Shown one piece after another: positions 39,955 to 51,041 of a stretch of DNA of 64,000 nt (positions are counted from its first letter, which is position 1; the number at the start of each line of letters is the position of its first letter). The position numbers and the translations under genes were made by a program. Below the pieces are notes generated by a model, which was not told the DNA's origin, did no database searches, and saw only the letters and a list, made by a program, of their open reading frames with translations. The stretch is from Eledone cirrhosa (taxonomy: Eukaryota): the NCBI GenBank assembly GCA_964016885.1, contig OZ024755.1, positions 21,948,001 through 22,012,000 on the forward strand, written 5' to 3'.

Positions 39955-42810
39955 TTAGGCAAGGTGGGCCTTCTGTATTACTGCGTAGCGCCAAAGATCT
40001 TGGTCCAGTGACATTGTCTTGGAGAGGTGTAAGTGTGTGAGGTTGGAATTTATCAAGTCATCCCAGGTTTTTCTGGGTCTGCCTACTCCGTAGCTACTGT
40101 CTATTTTGATCGCCCTGCACTTTTTTATACAGCTGTGGTCTTTCATGCACATCACGTGACCATACCAACGTAGTCTTCTCTCGAGTAAACAGCATCTGAT
40201 CCCTCTTATTCCTAATTTCTCACTTAGTTCATTTATGCTTTGCCGTAAGCATATATTACTATTACACATCCAACGGAGCATGCAAGCTTCGTTCCTCTCC
40301 AGTCTGTGTAGATCCTCTGCACACAAGGCTCATGTCTCACTGACATGTAACATCGCTGTTCGTATGCAGGAATCATACAGCCTGCCCTTCATTTTTAGAG
40401 AGAAACCCTTAGCGGCCAATAGTGGTATAAGCTCTCTGAACTTTTTCCATCCCGTTCTGACTCTAGCTACTGTACTTTCGGAGCACCCTCCACCACTGCT
40501 GATTCTGTCACTCAGGTAACGGAAGGTGTCCACTATTTCTATAGAACCATCTGGGCAATGGAATGAGCTAGTATTCTGTGGGCATTTGCTGCTACTTATT
40601 GCACCAGAGCACCGGCCACATATAAAATCTATATTTTTAGTTAGCTTACCTGTGATCCCACTACATATTTTTTATGCACCCATACTTTGCATTTGGGACA
40701 TAAAATGGAGTTTCTGCCTACTCCTTTCCTACACACTGAGCATGGCCATTTCCCAGACGGGACCAGTGCCCTATTCTCCTTCCTACATATTAGAACTTTA
40801 GTCTTAGACAAGTTAATTTTAAGGCCTTTTGATTCTAGGCCATGCTTCCATGTTTGGAATTTCTTCTCTAGTTCAGCTATTGATTTGACTATGAGTGTTA
40901 GATCATCTGCGTATAGAAGTTCCCATGGGCAGCCGTTATAGCTTGGAGGGCGATAATAAATAGGAGGGGGCTAAGGACGGAGCCCTGATGAACACCAACT
41001 TTTACGCTAAACTCTTCACTATATTCGTTGTTAACTCTAACCTTGCTGACTGTTTCTTTATACATGGCTTGTATGGCTCTCACAAGCCATTCATCAACAC
41101 CTAGTTTTCTGAGAGCCCACCAAGTAATGGGGCGTGGGAGTCTGTCAAAGGCTTTCTCCAAGTCAACAAAAGCTAAGTATAGGGTTTACTTTTAGCTAGG
41201 TACTTCTCCTGTAGTTGCCGTACAATGAAAAGAGCGCCTGTGGTACTTTTACCTGACACAAACCTGAACTGCATTTCATCTAGATCAATTCACTCTCTGA
41301 TTAGTTGCGCTATTACTTTTTCTGTGACCTTCATGACCTGGTCAATTAATTTAATGCCTCTATAGTTTCCCCTATCTAGGGCATCTCCTTTACCCTTGTA
41401 GCAGTTAATGATGATGCTGCTACCCCAGTCCTTTGGTACGACCCCATTCTGTATGACTTGGTTTACTATCCGGGAGACCATAGTGTGTCCCACCGTTCCA
41501 GATGCTTTCAACATTTCAGCAACTATTTCCGAAGGCCCAGCCGCCTTGCTCGTCTTCATATTTTTGATTGCCTTACTTATTATACTACCTTCAACTTGCA
41601 CTGCTGGTCCCTCTATTGGATCGATGTGGGGGAGACTGTCTTTCTCCCATTTATTCTCCTCATTTAGTAGCCTTTCGTAGTGACACTTACAAGCTACCTT
41701 CTTATCAGTGTCAGTGATGGCAAGTACACCATCATCATTACGGACACACTTCTCCCCGACAATATCACGGTTTTCCTTGACACATTGCCTAGCAATCCTG
41801 AACACCTCACGTTTTTGGTCCTCGCGTTGTAGAACATGCTTGAACTTTCTTTCCTCTGCTTCCCTTCTTGTGAAGTACACTTGTCTCCTAGCTTCCCTCC
41901 TGGCTACTCGATAGTGTTCTCTACTTCCCCCATCCCGCCATACTTTTCAAGCCTGCTTTTTTGGCCTTGATCAACCCCTCCACCTTACTATTCCACCACC
42001 AAGTTACTCTCCTCCTGCCACAGATTTCATCTGTCCCCTTCAGCAGGTTTGCTTTAAGGAATACCCACTGTTCCTCTATATTGTACGACTCTAAATGCTC
42101 TTCCTTACTGTCGAAAGCATCAAGTAATATGCTTTTAAATTTATTTCTGGCTGTGGGGTCCTTTAGCTTCCATATTTTTCTCCTGAGGATAGTCCTCTTC
42201 TGCTGTCGAGTACGTCTCGTCCTGACTATGAGGTCGCTAATTATCAGTCTATGTTGGGAGGTGCATTCTTCATGGGGGAGGGATTTAGTGTTTACAACAG
42301 ACACTCTGTCACGTCTTCTGGTAAGAATATAATCCATCTGACTGGCATGTTCCCCTGATCTATACGTGATCAAGTGATTGTCTCGTTTTTTGAAGTTTGT
42401 GTTACAGATAGTTAGGTTATTTGCGTCACAGAATTCCAAGATTCTGGAGCCTTCCTCATTTCTAGTACCAAACCCATAGCCTCGATGGATTCTGTCATAG
42501 CCATCACAGTGTTGTCCAACGTGACCATTTAGGTCGGCAGCAATAATTATGTAGTCACTGTCGGTTATTTGGGAGGTAGTGAGCATTAACGACTCATATA
42601 ATCTGTCTTTTATAATGACAGGCAGTCCGGATTGGGGTGCATACGCAGATATTATTGTCACAGTAGTTCTATTGAGGACAAGTCTTATTTTAATTATTCT
42701 GTCGTTCACTCTATTTACATCTATTATCTTATCTACCCATTTTTCTGCTAGCATGACTCCTACACCACCCAGCCCATTGTCATTTCCCACCCAGAAAAGC
42801 TTATAGCATC
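39955..42810 (-). mobile_element. Near full-length, frameshifted RTE-clade LINE (APE + RT)
   Basis: AYAPQSG, ADLNGHVG, SQMDYIL, NYRGIKL, GVHQGSVLSPLLF and GRPRKTW motifs across five collinear ORFs. Confidence 0.93.
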
Positions 42811-42884
42811 GTTCTTTGTATATGTGTATATATATGTATGTGTGTGTGTGTATGTATGTGTGTTTGTATATATATATATATAAT

Positions 42885-43205
42885 GGAGGCACATGGCTTA
42901 GTGGTTAGAGCATTGGCCTTGCAATCAAAAGGTTGTGAGTTCAATTCTCAGACCAGGTGATGTGTTGTTTCCTTGAGCAAGACACTTTATTTCACATTGC
43001 TCCAGTTTACTCAGCTGTAGAAATGAGATGATAGGGACTGGGGTCCCTATCATTCCACTGCAAAGTGGTCGTGGAGGTGCCACAGCGAAAAAGTACCCCG
43101 CACTCACTGTAGAGTGGACGTGTAGGCGCCACGGAAAGAAAAGCCAGAATCAGTTCCCGCCCCACAAGCAGGGAAAAGCGGACGTAAAATGATGATGATG
43201 ATGAT
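42885..43205 (+). mobile_element. SINE, family B
   Basis: Similar to 19202-19590. Confidence 0.9.
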
Positions 43206-43494
43206 ATATATATTTATATATATATATTAGGTCCATGGTTATCTGAAAAATGGGTGTCAGATGTTTGGACAGGGGTGCAATTTCACTGCTTGCCAAATTT
43301 TTTAAACTAATTTCTAAATTACCCGCCTTTGTTTAAACTCTTATGTCATATTTCTGAAAGGAAATCATAATCAACCTCCGGTGGCCATCTTTATTTTTCT
43401 TTTTTTTTTCTTATGAGAGGCTGAATGAGTTGGGGTCCAGAACCCGACAAAACTTAAGTACCTGTTTATGTCACTGTTGTAATTATATATGTAT

Positions 43495-43645
43495 ACTGTT
43501 GTGGAAAATATGGATATACTATTGTGAAAATTATAGATATACTGTTATGAAATATAAATATACTATTGTGAAATATTGATATACTATTGTTAAAAATAGA
43601 TATACTATTGTGAAATATCGGTATACTATTGGGAAATATAGATAT
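43495..43645. repeat. About 21-bp tandem repeat
   Basis: atatactattgtgaaatatag, about 7 copies. Confidence 0.8.
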
Positions 43646-44090
43646 ATGATGATTTGTTCTCAGAAGTCTCAAACAATTTTCGATTTGAACCAGAAGCTAA
43701 GAACATTCTTTCTCATAGCATCTGGTTATTGTTATTTTAACTCAAAATAACACAGTCATAGCATCAGGTATCATAGCGTCTTACATCACATCATCTGATA
43801 TCACAATATTTGACGTCACAATGACTGAAGTCATAATATCTATGTAATATCTATGTTTCATTTAGTTATGGCCCTTTATGCTCTGAGTTCAAATCCTGCC
43901 GAGGTTAGGTTTGTCTTTTATCCTTATGGGGGTCAATGAAATAAAGTACCAGTAATGCACTGGGGTTGGTTTAGTCGACTTTTCCCTTCCCTTCAAATTG
44001 CTGGCTTTGTGCCAAATGTAGAAACAATTATAGTTATTTCAACTGATTCTTCAATTGAGTCTGATTTGTGAATGATAAGAATCTCTCTCC

Positions 44091-44187
<97 letters not shown>

Positions 44188-44401
44188 ATAATAATAATAA
44201 TTGTTTCTACTTTAGGCACAAGGCCAGCAATTACCCAGTGCATTACTGGTACTTTATTTTATCGACCCCGTAAGGATGAAAGGAGTAATAATAATAATAA
44301 TAATAATAAATTTGAAGACTAAAATCCAAAGAGGGCTCGATAAGGATAAATATATATCAAATATATAAGAACCGTAGAGCAAATATTTATTTGATTAATA
44401 A

Positions 44402-44508
44402 CAGATTAAAGTTTAAGCAAAGAATCGCTGCTTTCACCCTTAACGGGATCTTCTCAGAAGATCCCATTAAGGGTGAAAGCAGCGATTCTTTGCTTAAACT
44501 TTAATCTG
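44402..44508. repeat. 53-bp-arm palindrome, 1-nt centre, one mismatch
   Basis: 44402-44454 versus 44456-44508. Confidence 0.95.
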
Positions 44509-44716
44509 ATATTTTAATAAATATATATATATATATAAGTGGAAGTTTAGTCAAATCGAAGCTTTGGCTGTGGGTAAGCAAGCAAAGTCGACCTACAATA
44601 TGAATGAGTTAGCAAAGCACTCAATAAGGGTAGGTCCTTAGAGTAATAACATACGTTTAAATAGCTTGACAAATTGAACATTGTGGTAGGCAAAACCGAA
44701 CACACAATACCAAAGT

Positions 44717-44750
<34 letters not shown>

Positions 44751-44892
44751 TGTATGTATTGTACCGTAACTCCAGAGGGAATCATTGGGTGCAATATTGA
44801 CATACAGTGTTTCTAGGGTATTGACAGAGCCTATCCCCCTCTCCATGTCTGAATACAGCAGATTTCTTCCAGCCAAGGATAAAGAGTGAAAT

Positions 44893-45077
44893 AATTGTTT
44901 CTACTTTTGGCACAAGGCCAGCAATTACACAGTACATTACTGGTATTTTATTTTATCGACCCCGTAAGGATGAAAGGCAAAGTTAACCTCGGCGGGATTT
45001 GAACTCAGAATGGCAAGGGCCGTAACTCTACGCGTCAAAGCATGGCGTCCGACCCTCTACCGATACTGCCAGTCCAC
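44893..45077 (-). mobile_element. SINE, family A (another copy at 46568-46752)
   Basis: Reverse complement of the 526-706 type. Confidence 0.85.
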
Positions 45078-45188
45078 CAAAGAGTGAAATAATGGAAGTA
45101 AGAAAGAGATATAGAAGAAGAATCTACTCCAATACTAGAACGATATTTATTTTTATTGACCTTGAATGGATGAAAGGCAAAGTCAACT

Positions 45189-45238
<50 letters not shown>

Positions 45239-46820
45239 AAATATAATTATACTCAGGTGAATTCGTTAAAGTTTAGTTGATCTCTGTCAGTGTTGTGCAC
45301 CAGCGTATCATTTATCAGTAAATAATAAATATGTTATTGATGTCGATAGATGATTAATGATTAATAAATAACAATTGTAAACATCAGTGGTAATAAAATA
45401 CTTGTTGTGTAGTTGAACATGTACAGTAAAACATTTTACCTGAATTGGATAAAGTAAAAGATATAAAATCAAAGAACCACCAGACTGTTCAATAATATAT
45501 TAATATGTCAGCTGTATGGCTGCTATCAGTTTTATATATAATTTGATGGTGTAGTTTTTAAAATGGTGGTGAATTGGCAGAGTTATTAGAATGTTGGATG
45601 GAGTGTTTTGTGTTATATGTTCTGCGCTATTCGTTCCAGTTCTCTGCACTCTGATTTCAAAACCCACCGAAGTCAACTTTGTCTTTTATCCTGTCGAGGT
45701 TGATAAAAAAAAGTACCAGTTGGATATAATGCTTTACAATATTTGTTCCCGCTCTCTGCTCTCTCAGTTCAAAGCCCACCAAGGTCAATTTTTCCTTTCA
45801 TCTTTTCGAAGTCGATAAAAAAAATACCAGTCCAATACTGGGGTCAGTTCTTCCTCTATATCTCTTTCTCACTATCACTTTCTCTTTCTCCTTCTCAAAG
45901 AAATCATCTGTGTTCAGATAACCTGGAGAGGAGTTGGGCTCTGCCATGTTTAAGATGCCTGTGTGTTACTCAGGTGTTTCTATGACCCCATCAGCAGTTA
46001 CATGCCTATACACAATGTAAGTTTAAACGATAAAGAAGGAATGTGGCATATCAGTGGAGGGTAGGGTAAGGATAGTAAGTATTACATCTCTCTCCAAGCT
46101 TTTGACTACAACTAAAATCATTGGATTCTCCTCAAACAGTCATTGTTGTTTAACATGAAGTCAGTCCTTATTAAACTGATTTATGATCAAAGGTGTTCTA
46201 GTTGTGACCTTACAGCCGTTTATACAGGTATAATGTATTTAGGACTAAGTAACACTTTCCAACATTGGCACAAGGACAGCAATTTAGGGGAGCTAGGGGA
46301 AGTGAACTATATCGACCCCAGTAACTTACTGGTACTTGATTTTATCGACTTAGGAAGGATGAAAGGCAATGTTGATTTTAGTGGGATTTGAACTCAGAAC
46401 GTATAAGGTTGTAACTAAATATATATATATGTGTGTGCGTATTTTAATATATGGTATTTGTTGCATGCCTTCAATGTCTTAGGCATTCTTGGTGAGGATA
46501 GGTTATTCTCCATTATCAGGGAATGTAAGTGTGTCATATAATGCCTAATCATCAGTTTTTAATATATAATTGTTTCTACTTTTGGCACAAGGCCAGCAAT
46601 TATCCCAGTGCATTACTGGTACTTTATTTTATCGACCCCGTAAGGATGAAAGGCAAAGTTAACCTAGGCGGGATTTGAACTCAGAATGGCAAGGGCCGTA
46701 ACTCTATGCATCAAAGCATGGTGTCCAACCCTCTACTGATACTGCCAATTCATATGATAATCCTGAGAGTTCGCAGGTGAAACTCCAGAGCAACAAGGAT
46801 CACTGTTTAGTCATAAATGA

Positions 46821-46867
<47 letters not shown>

Positions 46868-46868
<1 letters not shown>

Positions 46869-46993
46869 CATCATCATCATCATCATCATCATCATTTTAC
46901 GTCCACTTTTCCCTGCTTGCAAGGGTGGGACGGGTCCTATTCAGCACAGCATCTCTCCACTTGTCACGGTCCTTCGTCATCTCCACCGTGAGC
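46868..46993 (-). mobile_element. RTE LINE 3' end within (TA)n
   Basis: KLTVEMTKDRDKWRDAVLNRTRPTLASREKWT plus (TGA)n tail. Confidence 0.85.
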
Positions 46994-47107
46994 TTATATA
47001 TATCTATATATATGTATATATATATATATAACGAAGGAAATGTGGTAAGGAACCAGGTGGACCATAACGCACCAAAGTACTCAATACTTGAGGTAGTAGA
47101 GTGGGTA

Positions 47108-47225
47108 ATAGGAACCAGTAAGACCCCGACAGCTGAGCTCAAGCCGTTTCGACGGCTAATTCTGGACTGAGTCCAGAATTAGCCGTCGAAACGGCTTGAG
47201 CTCAGCTGTCGGGGTCTTACTGGTT

Positions 47226-47230
<5 letters not shown>
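47108..47230. repeat. Perfect 61-bp-arm palindrome, 1-nt centre
   Basis: 47108-47168 is the exact reverse complement of 47170-47230. Confidence 0.95.
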
Positions 47231-47261
<31 letters not shown>

Positions 47262-47380
47262 CATCACAAAGCTGTAAATGTTTGTTATGATGCACACTTT
47301 ATATATTCAAATGTAGCTAAAAATTATGTTTGACATAACTGTTTAACTTGCTTTATAGAGAAATATTTTCTTTCTTCCAG

Positions 47381-47408
47381 GTATTGGGTCTTGAACAGGT
47401 TTCTGGTG
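47381..47408 (+). CDS. Candidate 28-nt micro-exon of the polycystin-1-like gene
   Basis: ttttctttcttccag acceptor, gtaagt donor; VLGLEQVSG+G splices in frame to 53976 giving ...VSGDLIGCY. Confidence 0.55.
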
Positions 47409-48236
47409 GTAAGTAAAACTCTTCTATTGAGTATAAAGTTATATCGTTTTGTAATTATTATGGGAAGGCCCAGCCTTGTCACAACCAGTAGTACATGGAG
47501 TCTACATGAAAAATGTTTTAAAAATCAGAAGTATTTGAGGAATACTCAAATAAATTTATAGTTCCGTTAATTGGACAAATAGAATCGTCATTCGCCGAAA
47601 CCAGTTAGAGATACATTCATATAGTTTTATAGAATAGAAGATATTTTAATTGATCAATGGGTTGGTTATGGTTGGACGCTTTTAACCCTAGGTCTATTTG
47701 ATGAAGGCTGACCTGTGGCTAGACATTTACAGAACTGTTTTCTTAAATAAACACAAAGTTGAATATTTGAAATAAGAAGTTGAAAGAATCTGTCTGATAT
47801 ACATATTTTAGGACCATTTGCAGCCATAACAAAGTGAATAACCTCATTTGACGTCATTGACTTCCAGGACGCTTTTCTTTTGATCTTTTAACTTCAGATG
47901 AATTGGTCTTTTTAATTTAGTCAAACTACCATTCCATCAAGCAAGTCTTTATATGTATATATGTATGTATGTATATATATATGTATCTTGTTCTTCTTTT
48001 TGGTAAATATCATCTTGGTTAAGAGAGTGGGACTGGCTTTGTGCAGTGCCTTTGCTCACTATAAAAGCTTCACGGCACAGGCATTGCTTTATATCTGGAG
48101 ATCTCTCTGCACTTGTCGTCACATGGTACCATGGGCCCAGCACTATGTGTCAATAATTGTCACAAGTGTAGTGTTTGTACCAGAGTTTTCATGTCGCAGG
48201 CTGGACTAAAAAGTCACTCGTTCAGTGCAAAGGTAG

Positions 48237-48705
48237 GGGTACCCTATCAAAGGTATTCTCTAGGTCAACAAAGGCTAAGTATAGTGGCTTATTCTTCACT
48301 AAGAACCTCTCTTGTAGTTGCCTCACTATGAAGAGGGCATCTGTTGTACTTTTCCGAGGCCCAAAACCAAACTGCATCTCATCTAAATTGACGCTTTCTC
48401 TAATCAGTTGCGCTAATATTCTCTCCGCCACTTTCATAACCCGATCCATCAGCTTTATGCCCCTATAATTGCTCCTCTCTAGAGTATCCCCTTTACCTTT
48501 GTAACAATTTATGAGAATACGGCTGCACCAGTCTTTGGGTATGACACCACCATATATAGCTTGATTAATGATGTGTGCAACTAGTTTAGTGCCTACTTCT
48601 CCTGAAGCCTTCAGCATCTCAGCAACTATCCCTGACAGCCCAGCAGCCTTACCATTCTTCATTTCCTTAATTGCCTCTTGTACCCGATATTCGTCAATCT
48701 CAATA
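48237..48705 (-). mobile_element. RTE LINE RT fragment
   Basis: KAAG.SGIVAEMLK, NYRGIKL, QFGF, LAFVDLENTFDRVP. Confidence 0.88.
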
Positions 48706-49464
48706 ATATATATATATACATACATACTCTCCTGAGAGTTATGTGCCACACACATACACACACACATATATATATGTGTGTGTGGTAAGAAACTCTCAGG
48801 AGAACTGGATAGCAGAAGGTCTTCAGAGAAGAAACCTTGCTCCAGCGAGTGTTTTGGCCCTTAACTTCTAAATTATAATTAATATTCAGAAAATAACAAC
48901 AGGAAAATCTTGTGTGACTGACTTATATTTATTTAATAGATTATCTGCTTTAAGGCAACTGATGTGTAAAAAAAAGTGAATTATTTTGTTTGAAAATTGA
49001 TAAGTTTCCGGTGTTTTATTTGAAACAGAAAATCCGGAAGTTGCTGATATTTTACAAGTTTAAACAGGACAACTCGCTACAATCTATCTCACCCTGTTAC
49101 AATCTATAATTCGATTTTTCTAACTGAAAAGGAAAGATTGGAAATGCAATAATCAATTGTTGTTGTTGTTGTCACAGCTCACATCCATGCAAGATTCATC
49201 CCCTCCTAAGAGGTAGCATATCATAGGAAGTTTCTTGGATGTTTTCATATTAAGGGTTCCTCGACCAAACATAAACAGTCAATTGCAATGGAATTCACCA
49301 ATTTAAAAAAAAAAAAACCAACACAAATTATCATTTAGTTGAAACATTTCTGTTGTTATGGCAACATATTAAATGTAATCTCCATGAATGTCGTTCGAAG
49401 GATATCTGACTCTTCCATTGTCTCTTGGGATTAGATCAATCATGGGCAAACCAAGGCCCATTTA

Positions 49465-49843
49465 GCTTTCTGAGTCACATGCCTAATTTCAAAATTACCT
49501 TCAATAATTTACTAGTGCAGCCCACCCTATGATGAACAGCATACCATGTGGCTTATTGCTTGATAAAGGTTTTCCATACTTGGATTAGAGGAATAGCACA
49601 ACACTTTCTGCTCTCCATCAGCTCACAAGCTAATTTCCCTATTCCAAGTCTTTCTTCATCAAGATCTGGTACATGTCTTTCTTCATCAAGATCTGGTACA
49701 TGTCTTTCTTCATCAAGATCTGGTACAGGCAGGAGCAATTTTTTTCAAGCAAATGGCCTCATAGGATGTGGCTCACCATACGGCAGGCCACATTTCTAAA
49801 AAATTCAAGGCAATTCTAAAATTAGGTGCACCATTCAGAAAGC
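49465..49843. mobile_element. MITE-like element with long imperfect TIRs and an internal 27-bp x3 repeat
   Basis: gctttctga...cctaatttcaaaattaccttcaa versus ttcaaggcaattctaaaattagg...tcagaaagc; a related arm lies at 22847-22935. Confidence 0.6.
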
Positions 49844-50089
49844 TAAACAGGTCGCATGTGGCTCGTGGACCGCAGTTTTCCCACGACTGATCTAGCACTA
49901 AACATTTTCCACTTCTTTCAACTCAATCCACAATCTACTTGGAATGTCCAAATAGGATTTTTTCTTCTTCGACAGACATCGTGTACATTTATCTAAACCC
50001 ACCATCAGTTGGGAATGTCTATAGAATTAAAAGAAATTATTGTTCCTCTGAATATATAATACAAACATGGTAGCAACAGTAGCAAATAT

Positions 50090-50735
50090 GGCTGCCAGTT
50101 CCAATACAGCCATTTGTAGACTATGAATTAGGGAGCTGCGCTCTTTGTCCGCAAATCCAAGTTCAGTTATACATTGGTCCAAGCGGGTTGGTATATAAGC
50201 CGTAGCTCCAATAATGATGGGTATGAAGCTAAAGGTGTATCTTGGATACTGGATTTTTAAACTCCTCATCAATGGTCCGTAGATGTCCTCCTTCTCCTGT
50301 ATTTTTTTGACAACGTTTACATCAAGTGGGCAACTGATCTCCACAACAGAACATGTTTTCAGTATGTGGTCCCAAACAACAATATCAGGCCGGTTGTGCT
50401 TTATTTTGGTGGCAGTTTTTATTTTCAGGCTCCAGCAGTATTCCTTAGTGCCATCTGTCTCAATATATTCTTCCTCGTTTGTTTTCAATTTTGTTTTCCG
50501 AAGTGCGTTCTAGATGGTTCTAGCTATCACATCGTGTCTCATGGGGAGGTAGTAGCGAGATGACATTCTTTCGCAGCTGACAACAATGTGGCTTTCATCT
50601 TCGATCTTTGTTTTACATAGCCTACATTTATTGTCAGCTGATGGCCCTCCTCTAGTGTGCAGCAGTTATTTGGTAGGGAGTTCTTGTTCCTGTATTGCAT
50701 AGAGATATCCCTCAAGGTGTGATGTCATAAACTCG
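50090..50735 (-). mobile_element. R4/Dong-like LINE fragment (CCHC knuckle + restriction-like endonuclease)
   Basis: CRLCKTKIEDESHIVVSC...MRHD, then HNRPDIVVWD...VVEISCP...EK. Confidence 0.85.
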
Positions 50736-51041
50736 TCGCTCAAGGTGTGATGTCATAAACTTATGTATGTATATATGCATGTATGTATGTATATATGTAT
50801 GCGTGTATGTATGTATGTCTACTGATAGGAGAAATAGGAGTTATCCTTAGACTGGAGACATGTCTCCAATGTTTGCAATAGGGAGAAGTCCACTAAAAGC
50901 ACCTGTGGCCAAGTAGTAGTTATTAAACCAGGTGACAGATGAAGACATAATACATCCCTCAGTATGATATTGGTCCATATTTAAAAATCCCCCCACACCA
51001 CAACTGGAAGAAAATCCGAACTGAACTTCACCTTCCTCATA

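Noticed and set aside
47530-47616. Hammerhead at gccGAAAccagtt
   Set aside because: No intact CTGANGA box or stem I partner upstream.
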